From positions 2,592,001-2,656,000 of the forward strand of contig CBDAOB010000005.1 of assembly GCA_965197905.1 (NCBI GenBank): a DNA stretch of 64,000 nucleotides, in the 5' to 3' direction. Under the pieces are notes generated by a model. It saw only the letters and a program-made list of their open reading frames with translations, did not search any database and was not told the origin of the DNA. The stretch comes from Candidatus Latescibacterota bacterium. Lineage in GTDB: Bacteria; Latescibacterota; UBA2968; UBA8231. Made by a program: the position numbers and the translations under genes. Numbering within the stretch: position 1 is the first letter of the stretch; every line of letters starts with the position of its first letter. Shown here one piece after another: positions 31,198 through 40,691 of the stretch.

Positions 31198-34100
31198 CTA
31201 CCGTCGACGATCGACCAAGGAGTAGACGGTTGGGATCACGATCAAGGTGAGAAAGGTGGAGCTGGTGAGGCCGGCGATTACGGTGAGCGCCATCGGAGTG
31301 CGAATCTCCGCTCCCTCCCCCAACCCCAGAGCCATCGGCAGCAATGCCAGTATGGTGGTCAGGGTAGTCATGATTATGGGACGCAGGCGAACTGTGCCCG
31401 CTTGCACGATCGCCTCCATGTGCTCCAGACCCGATTGTTTCAAAGTGTTGATGTAATCCACCAGGACGATGGCATTGTTCACGACAATGCCCGCGAGCAT
31501 TATGAGACCCAGGAATACGACGATGCTCAAGGCAATGTCGGCCACGAAGAGCACCGCGATCACACCCACGAGAGCCAGGGGCACCGTGAACATGATCACG
31601 AGCGGATGAATCAGCGACTCGAACTGGCTGGCCATTACGATGTACACCAGGAAGATCGCCAGCGCCAAAGCGACGAAGAGACTGTGGAGAGAGGTCTCCA
31701 TCTCGCGCTTCTGTCCGCTGATGAGGTAGGAGAAGCCGAGCGGAAAATCCATGCCCTGGCGCAGGGCGGTAACGATGTTCTGCGAGGCGGTCCCCAGATC
31801 GATGTCGCGAATGTTCGCCGTGATGAGCGCGGTCCTTTGCTGGTCTATGCGACGGATTTCGCTCGGTCCCTCACTGACGCCGATGTCGGCGATGGCCCCC
31901 AGCGGAATCGGCACCTCGCCGTCGGGATTCACCACCAGGCGATTGAGTTCCTGAATGCCCAGGCGATCCTCCTCTTGGAGTCGCACCAGAATCCGGACCT
32001 GGCGCTCCTCCTCCCGAAATTCGGTGGCAACCTTGCCCTGAACCTTGTTGCGCACGAGCTCGGCCACCGTGCGCATGTTGAGTCCGTACCCGGCCAGGCG
32101 CTCCCGGTTGTAGTTTAACTGAAGCTCGGGATTGCCCGATTTCAACGACGACTTTACATCCACCAATCCAGGGAGCGCAGAAAGCATCTCCACCGCCTGC
32201 TGGCTCAACCGGCGCAGGAGATGCAGGTCGTGACCGCGAATCTCCAGCTCTATCGGTGTCTTGAAGCTGAACAGGGCCGGATGTGATACCTCCATGTCGG
32301 TTTCAGGCAGATCCCGCAGCAGGGCTCGCAGCCGTTGGATCAGGTCGTGCTCCACGCGAGCGTCGGACCCTTCGTTCAGACGAAGTGTCAACCTGCCAGA
32401 GTGTTCCCCTTCTTCCGCTTTTGTAGTGGCGGTTTTATCGGCGCCAACTGTGGTGGTTACCCGCATCACCTCCGGTTGCTCCATAACCACCGCTTCGATC
32501 TTCCCAAGCACCTCCGCCGTCTTGTTCAGCGGCGATCCCACCGGTAACGCCACCTCGAGATTGAATTCGCCCTGATGTACTTGCGGGATTAACTCGCGGC
32601 CCAGCTGTGGAAAAATCTGTAAAAAACAAAAAGCGAAAGAGGCAATAGCTGCCGACACGACCAAAAGCCGTTGGCCCAGCGCCCATCGTAGCAGAGGTGG
32701 GTACGCCCGCTGCACCTTGTCGAAGAGAAACTCGAAAACGACCAGAATCGGGGTCACGAGTGGGAGAAGCACCAGGCCTAACAAGAAGAAGATCGACAGG
32801 AGAACCAGCGCAGCCAGCAGAATGGCCGTCAACAAGACGATGCCGACCAGGCGCACGACCGTTTGAAAGACGAACCGCAGCAGCAGGTAGATGAGAGCAA
32901 GCGGAAATGTGATGGCTCTGGCGACCACCCACATCCATCGCGGCCCGGCGATCCACTGACAGTAGACTTGCATCGAATTGGACAATGACGTGGCGGCCCC
33001 CATGGTTAGGATATCGGGCCACAACCGATCGAAGAAACCCCAGCGTCCCAGGTTTGCAGACTCGCACCAGCCAACCACAACGGCCTGGAACGTGCGATCG
33101 GGTTTGATCCAAAGTTTTTCAAGCGGTTTGGCCAGGCACCACAACAGTTCGAAGAGCACCATAACCACCGCCTTGAGCAAGGCGACAACAATGGTGACGG
33201 CAGCCAGGAGAACCCTCCACCCCAGTTCGTATAGGAGGTATGGCACCGATCCTGCTCCGCGCCCGAGCCGCACAAACAAACTCCCGTCGGAATCTGCCAG
33301 GGCATTACGTGCTCGTTCCATCGATTTGAGCTTGAGGAAATCGGTCCGTTGCACACCCAAGGAACCTGGCGAATCGGAATCCTTGATTCGGCGAGAGGCG
33401 AGCATCGGTATGAAGAACAGGGCCACGGCCAGGGATGCCGTAAGCGAGAATACCACCGTGAGAGCCATGTCCCCGAAAACCTGACCCGCAATACCCTCGA
33501 CAAATACGATCGGAAAAAACACAGCAATCGTGGTCAGCGTGGATGCGAATACGGCACTACCCACCTCGCCGGTACCTCGGATCGTCGCGCTGACCAGATC
33601 GTCGCCCTCCTCGCGACAACGGAAGATGCTCTCCAGGACGACGATCGAATTATCCACCAACATGCCGATGCCAAGAGCGAGCCCACCCAGCGACATGATG
33701 TTGAGGGAAACGTCGAAGATGTGCATCGGGGCGAAGGTGGCGATGATCGAGATCGGAATCGTAATGCCGACGATGAAGGTGTGCATCACGTTTCGCAGAA
33801 ACAGAAACAACACGAGGATGGCCATCGCCCCCCCGATCAGAGCACTCTTTTGAACCTCATCGATGGAGTTGACGATAAAGACCGACTGATCGGAAAGAAC
33901 CTCCAGCTCCATATCGGCCGGGAGCTGGTGGGTGATGAAGTCGGTAAGACGCAGATGCTCCATCGTGCGCACCGCCGCCTCGCGCTTCTTCTCCTTCAGA
34001 ATCTTCGCCGAGTCTTTTGTCTTCTCCTCTTCTTCTTCCTCCTCCTCGGTCTCCTCCGTCTCCTCTTTGGCCTTTTCCGCTACCAGTTTTTTTATGTAAT

Positions 34101-35037
34101 CGCGTTGTTCTGGAAGGCCGTAGATTTGGTTGTGCACCTTTCTCGAAACGGTAACGAGGTTGGCGTCCGCCTCCTTAAACAGCTCCAGCTCTACGCTCTC
34201 AATTCCGTTGACCCGGGTGATGGTCTCGCGATCCCGGAACGATCGGCTGATCTTGGCAACGTCCCGCAGACGGATGTCCGCTTCATCATGCCGCGCTACC
34301 ACAAGCTTGGCGATGTCTTCCAGCGAGGTGAATTCGTTCAAGGTGCGGATCAGGTACTCCACCTGCCCCTCGCGTAGCCGGCCGCCGGGCAGGTTCACGT
34401 TTCCCTGCTCGAGCCGACGGATAACCTCGGCGATGTCGAGTCCGATGAGCGCCAGCTGCCGCTCGTTCAGCGCGACGTGAATCTCCTCCTCCAAACCTCC
34501 CTTGACCTTTACAGCGGCAATGCCGGGAACTCGTTCGAGCTCGCGCTTGATTTCATTCTCGGCGAGAAAACGTAGATCGTAGAGACTGTGGTCCCCGAAC
34601 AGTCCGATCCGCATGAACGGATCAAGCGACGGATCGTACCTCAGCAATAGCGGCTTTGCGACATCCAGCGGCAGATTGACACGGTCGATCTTCTCGCGGA
34701 TATCCTGGGAAGCCGCGTCCATGTCCGTATCCCAATTGAACTCGAGGATGACATCCGATTGATCCGCCTTTGAAATGGAGCTGATACTTACGAGGTGCCT
34801 CACAACGCCCAGGGTTTGTTCCAGGGGCCGTGAAATCAGGGTCTCGATCTCCTCGGGCGCGGTACCCGGAAACTCCGTGCGCACGGTCAGGGTCGGGTAG
34901 CTGATCTCGGGCATGAGGCTCAGGGTGAGCTGCTGGTAGGAAACCGAGCCGAAAACGCAGATCGCCATCACCACCATCAGGATGGCGACGGGTCGTCGGG
35001 TAGTGATGGAAAAACGAGGACTAACGGGTTCTTCCAT
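31198..35037 (-). CDS. RND efflux permease subunit with two large insertions
   Basis: GMLVDNSIVVLESI, GIVVNNAIVLVD, RLRPIIMTT; 1279 aa. Confidence 0.93.
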   Translation of the reverse strand: MEEPVSPRFSITTRRPVAILMVVMAICVFGSVSYQQLTLSLMPEISYPTLTVRTEFPGTAPEEIETLISRPLEQTLGVVRHLVSISSISKADQSDVILEFNWDTDMDAASQDIREKIDRVNLPLDVAKPLLLRYDPSLDPFMRIGLFGDHSLYDLRFLAENEIKRELERVPGIAAVKVKGGLEEEIHVALNERQLALIGLDIAEVIRRLEQGNVNLPGGRLREGQVEYLIRTLNEFTSLEDIAKLVVARHDEADIRLRDVAKISRSFRDRETITRVNGIESVELELFKEADANLVTVSRKVHNQIYGLPEQRDYIKKLVAEKAKEETEETEEEEEEEEKTKDSAKILKEKKREAAVRTMEHLRLTDFITHQLPADMELEVLSDQSVFIVNSIDEVQKSALIGGAMAILVLFLFLRNVMHTFIVGITIPISIIATFAPMHIFDVSLNIMSLGGLALGIGMLVDNSIVVLESIFRCREEGDDLVSATIRGTGEVGSAVFASTLTTIAVFFPIVFVEGIAGQVFGDMALTVVFSLTASLAVALFFIPMLASRRIKDSDSPGSLGVQRTDFLKLKSMERARNALADSDGSLFVRLGRGAGSVPYLLYELGWRVLLAAVTIVVALLKAVVMVLFELLWCLAKPLEKLWIKPDRTFQAVVVGWCESANLGRWGFFDRLWPDILTMGAATSLSNSMQVYCQWIAGPRWMWVVARAITFPLALIYLLLRFVFQTVVRLVGIVLLTAILLAALVLLSIFFLLGLVLLPLVTPILVVFEFLFDKVQRAYPPLLRWALGQRLLVVSAAIASFAFCFLQIFPQLGRELIPQVHQGEFNLEVALPVGSPLNKTAEVLGKIEAVVMEQPEVMRVTTTVGADKTATTKAEEGEHSGRLTLRLNEGSDARVEHDLIQRLRALLRDLPETDMEVSHPALFSFKTPIELEIRGHDLHLLRRLSQQAVEMLSALPGLVDVKSSLKSGNPELQLNYNRERLAGYGLNMRTVAELVRNKVQGKVATEFREEERQVRILVRLQEEDRLGIQELNRLVVNPDGEVPIPLGAIADIGVSEGPSEIRRIDQQRTALITANIRDIDLGTASQNIVTALRQGMDFPLGFSYLISGQKREMETSLHSLFVALALAIFLVYIVMASQFESLIHPLVIMFTVPLALVGVIAVLFVADIALSIVVFLGLIMLAGIVVNNAIVLVDYINTLKQSGLEHMEAIVQAGTVRLRPIIMTTLTTILALLPMALGLGEGAEIRTPMALTVIAGLTSSTFLTLIVIPTVYSLVDRRR

Positions 35038-35126
35038 CTCTATGCGTTTGGGAATGGAGAGTGGTTAGAAAAGGGTTCACGCCGGGGCTCGGCGTAAAAA
35101 ACTGCATCTGCCATTCAGGAGATAGC

Positions 35127-36284
35127 TCAGCCCTCGTCGGCGCTGGAACCGTCAGCTCCAACGGTTTCGTCCTCTGCCTCCTGGGCATTGACGATCTTGA
35201 CCCGGGCCTTGTCTCTGAGGCCGTTCTGGCCTACGACGATGACATCCGTCTCCGGTTCGATGAGCGACAGCGACTCGACGAATTTGCTGTCTTCGAAACC
35301 GGCGTCGAGCTTGACGCGCGTGGCCGTGCTATCTTCGACGATGAAAATGAAACGATCGCCCCCATCGTAGACCACTGCTTCCTTGGGAACCAGTACGGCG
35401 TCTAAGTGGGTGTCGGTCACCACGCGGACATCGACGAATATCCCCGGTCGCAGGTAGTCCCACCGATCCTCGATGCCTATGGTCACCTTGAACGTGCCGC
35501 TTTTCGGATCCACCACCGGGCTGATTCGCTTCACGAACCCGTTGAAGGACATCTCCTTGAGGAACTCGGAGGTAATCACGGCTTCCTGTTTTTCTCGAAT
35601 GGTGGTCAGGTACTGTCCGGGCACGAACACCCGCGCGATCATGTCCTCGAGCTTGATCAGATCGAACAACTTGCTGCCTGCGGTTACGCGACTGCCAGTC
35701 TGGACACTGCGTTCGGTTATGACACCCGAAAAAGGCGCCCGTATTACCGCGTGCTCCAGCTCCATCTGCGCTTTACGATTCCGCAGATTCGCCTGTTCTA
35801 GCTGAAATTTCTTTTCTTCATACTCTTGATCGCTAATGAGCTTGCGCCGAAACATCTGCTCGGTCCGATCGTACCCGACCTGCAGATGCCGAAGATCGAC
35901 TTCGGTCTCCTGAGCGGCAACACGAAGCTCCTCATCCTCTATCCAGACCAGGGTATCCCCCGCTCCCACCCGGTCCCCTTCCTCCACGCGGACCGACTTC
36001 ACCAGGTAGCCGCTCAATTGGGAGTGCACCTCGACAGCGGCTTCTGTTTCGATTGTGGAGTTGAAGAAGAGGAACGCGGATATGTCGCCGCTGGTAGCCG
36101 GTGATGTCTCTACCGGAACCGCATCTACGACAACCGCTTTCGTGGTGTCGGTGGCCGTGCTGTCCGCACCGGTGCTATCGGAGCTGGCAGTGCCGTCCTT
36201 GTCGGAGGATCCGAATTTCTCGCAGCCGGAAATAATGAAGAAACTGAAAGCGACAATGAGGGGTCGAAAAGCTGCTAAACGCAT
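35127..36284 (-). CDS. RND periplasmic adaptor (membrane fusion) lipoprotein
   Basis: Lipobox ISGC, VEEGDRVGAGD, IRAPFSGVI, ISPVVD, LRPG, LVPKEAV. Confidence 0.92.
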   Translation of the reverse strand: MRLAAFRPLIVAFSFFIISGCEKFGSSDKDGTASSDSTGADSTATDTTKAVVVDAVPVETSPATSGDISAFLFFNSTIETEAAVEVHSQLSGYLVKSVRVEEGDRVGAGDTLVWIEDEELRVAAQETEVDLRHLQVGYDRTEQMFRRKLISDQEYEEKKFQLEQANLRNRKAQMELEHAVIRAPFSGVITERSVQTGSRVTAGSKLFDLIKLEDMIARVFVPGQYLTTIREKQEAVITSEFLKEMSFNGFVKRISPVVDPKSGTFKVTIGIEDRWDYLRPGIFVDVRVVTDTHLDAVLVPKEAVVYDGGDRFIFIVEDSTATRVKLDAGFEDSKFVESLSLIEPETDVIVVGQNGLRDKARVKIVNAQEAEDETVGADGSSADEG

Positions 36285-36403
36285 TGGATCTCGGCCCTTC
36301 GACGGTGTAGCGAGGGTTGTCTATCCCTTAGGAAATAATACATTAAGGTCGATTGGGAGAACGCGTTCGACCATAGATTCCCAATAATGGTGGACAGTGT
36401 CAA

Positions 36404-37322
36404 GTGCAGGTGCAGCTCGGCTCCATTATCGTCGCGGTTCTCCTTTCGGCCGCATTTACTCGGTTTCTTCGCCAGGCCGAGATCCTAGCCGGGTTTCGGC
36501 TCGGCCTCGTCCAACGGATTCCTATCCTTGGCAAGGTCATCAGTTGTCCCCACTGTCTATCGTTCTGGCTCGCGATCGTAACTAGGCGCGCTGCTAGCCC
36601 ATGACCTGCTGAACTTCGGAATCATCGTTTTGCTCGGTTGGCGAGGCGCCTTCTTTCTGAACCGGTTACTGGACGCCACGATTGCCGCCGCAGCCCCAGA
36701 CCCGCTTTCGGGGACGGACTGTCAGGTCTGTGGCGCTAGTTTCAGGAAGGATTTTCTAGAGCGGCGCGGGCATCTATTCTGCTCCTATCGGTGTTGGTTC
36801 GACTTTCTCAAGGCACGCGAGCAGTCGTTTCGCGCATCCGAATCGTTGCTGGATGAATTCGGAGATTTCGTAAGGCAGGAGATATATCCGATGAGTTACA
36901 AGAACGTGAAACCTGGAGAAGCCAGAGAACTCCTGGAAGGCGACGGCGGTTATACCTATGTCGACGTCCGGTCACAGGAAGAATACGAGAGCGGTCACCC
37001 AACGGGAGCGGTGAATGTGCCCGTCATGCACCGATCCACAATGGGAATGGTCCCGAATGCGGAGTTCCTCTCGGTGATGGATCGCAGTTTCGAGAAGGGC
37101 GATCTGGTGATCATCGGGTGCCAGTCCGGGGCTCGCTCCCTACGTGCCGCTGAAGGATTGGTAGCTGCAGGCTTCACCAATGTCCTACACATGGATGGGG
37201 GGTTCGGCGGAACTCAAAACGAGCTCGGCGAAGTTATCGAGCCGGGTTGGTCCGAACTGGGATTGCCGGTGAACCACGGATCCACAGATGGCGATTACGA
37301 GAAGCTTCGCACCGCGCGATAA
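36404..37322 (+). CDS. Fusion of DUF1360-like CxxC membrane domain, TRASH/MYM-like zinc finger and rhodanese (~305 aa joined; extra A at ~36581)
   Basis: ISCPHCLSFW; removing one A gives WLAIVLGALLAHDLLNFG in frame with CQVC...FCSYRC, then YVDVRSQEEYESGHP and IIGCQSGARS. Confidence 0.65.
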
Positions 37323-37339
37323 CGCGATAACAGGTAGAT

Positions 37340-38002
37340 GTGACGGAACCTCTCAATCCGTATTTCCAGGTCGGCCTCGATGTTCTCGACAAAACCTGCC
37401 TCGTCGTGGGGGGTGGCTCCGAGGCGGCAGAGAAGAGCGGCCGCCTTCTTCGCGCCGGAGCCCGCGTTCGCCTGGTAAGTCCGAAAGTCGTTCCCGAGCT
37501 GAAAGAGCGGTGCGCCGAGAACCGCATAGAGCATCGGCCGCGAAGGTTCGAGGTCGCCGATCTGGAGGAAGTCTTTCTGGTTCTCAACACGGTAGGAACT
37601 GACCCCGTGCTGGCCAAGGAGGTCTTCGCCTTGACGCACGACCGCAACATCCTGCTCAACACCTACGATCAGCCGGGGCTTTCGAACATCGGCATGGCCG
37701 CCCTGGTCGACCCGGGGCACCTGCGGCTGAGCATCAGCACGTCCAACGCCAGCCCGGCGCTAGCCCGCCGTCTCCGACAGGATCTGGAAAGCCTGTTCGA
37801 CGGGGAATTCGTGGAGTACCTCGAACGCCTGGCCGAGGTTCGTCAGCACCTCAAAACGAGCGAGGCAGACGGTCGCAAACGACGCGAGAAGCTGCGATCG
37901 ACCGTGGGGGACTTCCGCGTCGAGGGCCGTTTGCATTATCCACGGGATTGGCGTCGGCGACTGGAAGAGCTCGCGGGCGGCGATGGTAATCGACGAAAAT
38001 AG
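37340..38002 (+). CDS. Precorrin-2 dehydrogenase / sirohydrochlorin ferrochelatase (CysG N-terminal/SirC-like)
   Basis: CLVVGGGSEAAEK, NTYDQP, SISTSNASPALARRLR. Confidence 0.85.
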   Translation: MTEPLNPYFQVGLDVLDKTCLVVGGGSEAAEKSGRLLRAGARVRLVSPKVVPELKERCAENRIEHRPRRFEVADLEEVFLVLNTVGTDPVLAKEVFALTHDRNILLNTYDQPGLSNIGMAALVDPGHLRLSISTSNASPALARRLRQDLESLFDGEFVEYLERLAEVRQHLKTSEADGRKRREKLRSTVGDFRVEGRLHYPRDWRRRLEELAGGDGNRRK

Positions 38003-38013
38003 CTGCGACTTAC

Positions 38014-40026
38014 CTACCGCACGACCGTCAGTTTGCCTTTTTCCAGGGTTGTTCCATCCGCGTCCGTAATCACGTAGATGTAGACCCCGCCGGTCACCTC
38101 GAAACCGCTGGCGTTCAGTCCGCGCCAACGCACCTCGCGACTGAGGGACCCCTGTCGCTCTTCTCGGGCGCTCCACACGGTGGCCCCATCCATCCCGAAG
38201 ATTTTCACCGTCGAATGCAGCGGTACGCCGGAAAAGGAAACAAAGCTATTCCTTCCGACGCGGTACGGATTCGGAAAAACCAATACCCCGTCGACGGGAA
38301 CGCGACGAAGACGCTGGACGGCGCGATTGTCTTCCTCCGATACCTCGGCTATCGCGTTCTCGACATCGACGTCGAACTGAAAAACCGACTCGCCGAAACG
38401 ATCCCACGGCACGGCAAGATCGCGGACATCTCCAGGGGCGAGATCGAGCTCGATCGAGGTCTCGTAGATGGGGACGCAGCTGCTCGTGTCGAGCGCACAC
38501 TGCTCTAACCGCACGCGGACCACACCCACCGCCACTCCAAGACCGATGTTGCTGACCCTAAGGCGGAGGGTGTTTGTGCCGGTGGTCTTCAAGTCGCCCC
38601 CAAAAACAGCCAGATTCGGCAGACCGGAGGGCCGCGCGAACTGCCCGAGGAAGGCGATAGCCAGGCTGCTGCTGCGCTTTACGAGCTCCCAGTTGATGCT
38701 GTCGGGCACGTCGGCAACCGTGTGATACTGGCTGTTGACGCGATAAAGGCCTCTCCGCACCGCCGTGGAGGTGGAATCGGTGGGCAGATAGTTCTCGATG
38801 GCGAGGATGGCGTCGTAACCCCGAGCCCAGAACGGCGCGTGATCGCTCAATAGAGCCGCCGCGTCCTCCAGCAGCTCCATCTCGAGGCCGATGCCGAACC
38901 GTTGATTGGTTTCGATCAGCAGTTGGGCGATCCACCTCGATGCCGGATTCGCCACTACATGCAGCCGGTGACTGCGGTCGTTGAATCCCACCATGTCAAA
39001 ATTCAACACGCCGAGGATTCGGTCATCCCGATCCATCGCCTGCTCCGCAAACGCGCGGCTGCCCCACAGCCCGATCTCCTCGCCCGAGAACGCGATGAAC
39101 CGCACCGACCAGGGAAGTTCCTGTCGTGCCAGGACCCTGGCGCTTTCAAGAACCAGGGCTACACCGGTGCCGTTATCGTCGGCCCCTGGGGCCGGATCGG
39201 TATCTGGGTTCCATCCGTCGCGGGAGCGCGCTCCTGTGGCGTCATAGTGGGCGCAGACCACGTAATATCCGCCCGCCGGATCGGCACCGGGTAGCAAACC
39301 GACGACGTTGAACATTTCGCTCCCAGCCACTTCAAATAGGTGGGTCTGCACCAGGTCGTCGCCCAGGTATTCCTCCATGCATTCGCGAATGTACCGCGTA
39401 GATTCCAAGGTTTCTGGGCGAAAGGCGTACCGGGTGCGCAGGTTCTCTGGCTCGCTATCCGTGGAAGGATCCAGCAGGGCGAGTTTTCGAACATGTTCCC
39501 TCAAAAGCGCGGAATCGACCTCCTCAAGCATAGCGTCGACGAGATCCTGAGGCGCTGTTTGCCCGGGCTTCTTGCTGGGTTCTGCCTGCCGCAGGCCCCG
39601 CAGACTGTATGCTTCCGGAAGCGGCCAGAGGAATCCCTGTTTTAGAGCCACTTCCAGGTTTCTGTCCGCGACACGAACCAGAGCCCAGCCGGCTGCGTCC
39701 TGGTAAACGACGTCCGCCAGGGAATCGTGCAGGTGCTCGATCAGAAAATAGGTCTCCCCTGGATCGGCTGTGTCCGCAAAGATAGGGGAGCCCGTAACAG
39801 CCAAGGTGGTTTCAATGATACTGTCGTCCACAGCTGCAAGCGCAATGGTTGAGGTAACGAAACGAAATCTCGCCCCGGAAGCATCCAGGTCCTCCAGTTG
39901 GGCGAGCCGATTCCACCGGAACCCGAGCAGGGTTTCAGCCGCGGAAGTACCCGAAAGGATTGAAAATATGAGAGTTATAAAAAGAAGAGGCGTATGGCGC
40001 GGAACCGACAGCGGAAGCGTCCGCAA
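38014..40026 (-). CDS. Secreted M28 metallopeptidase with CARDB-like and FlgD-Ig C-terminal domains
   Basis: CAHYD, PGADDNGTG, FSGEEIGLWGS, NFDMVG, SDHAPF, YHT; IAEVSEEDN (CARDB); VFPNPY...GGVYIY. Start uncertain: TTG 40026 chosen to avoid overlap with HU. Confidence 0.85.
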   Translation of the reverse strand: MRTLPLSVPRHTPLLFITLIFSILSGTSAAETLLGFRWNRLAQLEDLDASGARFRFVTSTIALAAVDDSIIETTLAVTGSPIFADTADPGETYFLIEHLHDSLADVVYQDAAGWALVRVADRNLEVALKQGFLWPLPEAYSLRGLRQAEPSKKPGQTAPQDLVDAMLEEVDSALLREHVRKLALLDPSTDSEPENLRTRYAFRPETLESTRYIRECMEEYLGDDLVQTHLFEVAGSEMFNVVGLLPGADPAGGYYVVCAHYDATGARSRDGWNPDTDPAPGADDNGTGVALVLESARVLARQELPWSVRFIAFSGEEIGLWGSRAFAEQAMDRDDRILGVLNFDMVGFNDRSHRLHVVANPASRWIAQLLIETNQRFGIGLEMELLEDAAALLSDHAPFWARGYDAILAIENYLPTDSTSTAVRRGLYRVNSQYHTVADVPDSINWELVKRSSSLAIAFLGQFARPSGLPNLAVFGGDLKTTGTNTLRLRVSNIGLGVAVGVVRVRLEQCALDTSSCVPIYETSIELDLAPGDVRDLAVPWDRFGESVFQFDVDVENAIAEVSEEDNRAVQRLRRVPVDGVLVFPNPYRVGRNSFVSFSGVPLHSTVKIFGMDGATVWSAREERQGSLSREVRWRGLNASGFEVTGGVYIYVITDADGTTLEKGKLTVVR

Positions 40027-40048
40027 TCGGCCGAAGGGTGCCCGTGGG

Positions 40049-40438
40049 TTACTCGGCGTCCCGCTGAACCGATTGATCCTGCGGGGGAACGGAGGCAGGC
40101 TGCGAGGATTTCTCTTCAACAGTCAACTCTGGAGCAGCAGCGCCATCACGGTTCTGGTGAAGTGCTTCCTTCAGCAGTCGGCCGGGTTTGAAATGGGTCT
40201 TGCGCCGCGCCGGAACGTAGATGATCTCTCCGGTGCGGGGGTTCCTGGCAGCCGGTTTTGGCCGGGTATCCTTGACCTGAAATACCCCGAATCCACGAAT
40301 TTCAATCCGGTTTCCCTGGATAAGGCTGTCGCGCATGGCCACAAAAAGGCTGTCGACCATTTTGGCGGCCAAATTCTTCTTGCAGCCGGTGCTACGACTG
40401 ACCAGGAGGGCCAGATCTTTCTTCGTAATCGTAGCCAA
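40049..40438 (-). CDS. HU/IHF-family DNA-binding protein
   Basis: TKKDL, IEIRGFGVF, ARNPRTGE, FKPGRLLKE, plus a ~35-aa C-terminal tail. Confidence 0.93.
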   Translation of the reverse strand: MATITKKDLALLVSRSTGCKKNLAAKMVDSLFVAMRDSLIQGNRIEIRGFGVFQVKDTRPKPAARNPRTGEIIYVPARRKTHFKPGRLLKEALHQNRDGAAAPELTVEEKSSQPASVPPQDQSVQRDAE

Positions 40439-40535
40439 GAGCCAACCTCCTGACCTCTGAATCCTTGCGGTGCTGCCCCAGCCTGTCAGCGGGGCGAAAT
40501 CACGCCATTAGTCATTGGGAAATAAAGCGTTATGG

Positions 40536-40564
40536 AAAATAGGCCGCACCCATACCTGTGTCAA
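40536..40564 (-). promoter_or_regulatory. Putative sigma70 promoter for HU
   Basis: Minus strand TTGACA-N17-TATTTT. Confidence 0.6.
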
Positions 40565-40637
40565 GAAAAAATTGAAAAAGCGCTTATTTTTCTTGGCATT
40601 TACAGAAAAAACGGCCTTCTTGGTCGAATTGCCTTTT

Positions 40638-40666
40638 TTGCCGTCCCGAATCACCTTTTCTATACT
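40638..40666 (+). promoter_or_regulatory. Putative sigma70 promoter for the UbiA-family gene
   Basis: TTGCCG-N17-TATACT. Confidence 0.6.
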
Positions 40667-40691
40667 GTTTGAGCTCAAATCCTCGGCCTAC

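Noticed and set aside
33349..34377. 342-aa plus-strand ORF (and similar ones at 16100..17059 and 62798..63853)
   Set aside because: Antisense to well-supported genes.
35079..35101. Hairpin ACGCCG-GGGCT-CGGCGT between adaptor and permease genes
   Set aside because: Short stem with no U-tract directly after it in the transcribed (minus) direction; insufficient for a terminator call.
40027..40119. N-terminal extension of the M28 peptidase ORF overlapping HU
   Set aside because: Overlaps the HU gene and precedes the signal-peptide-like segment; a later start is more plausible.
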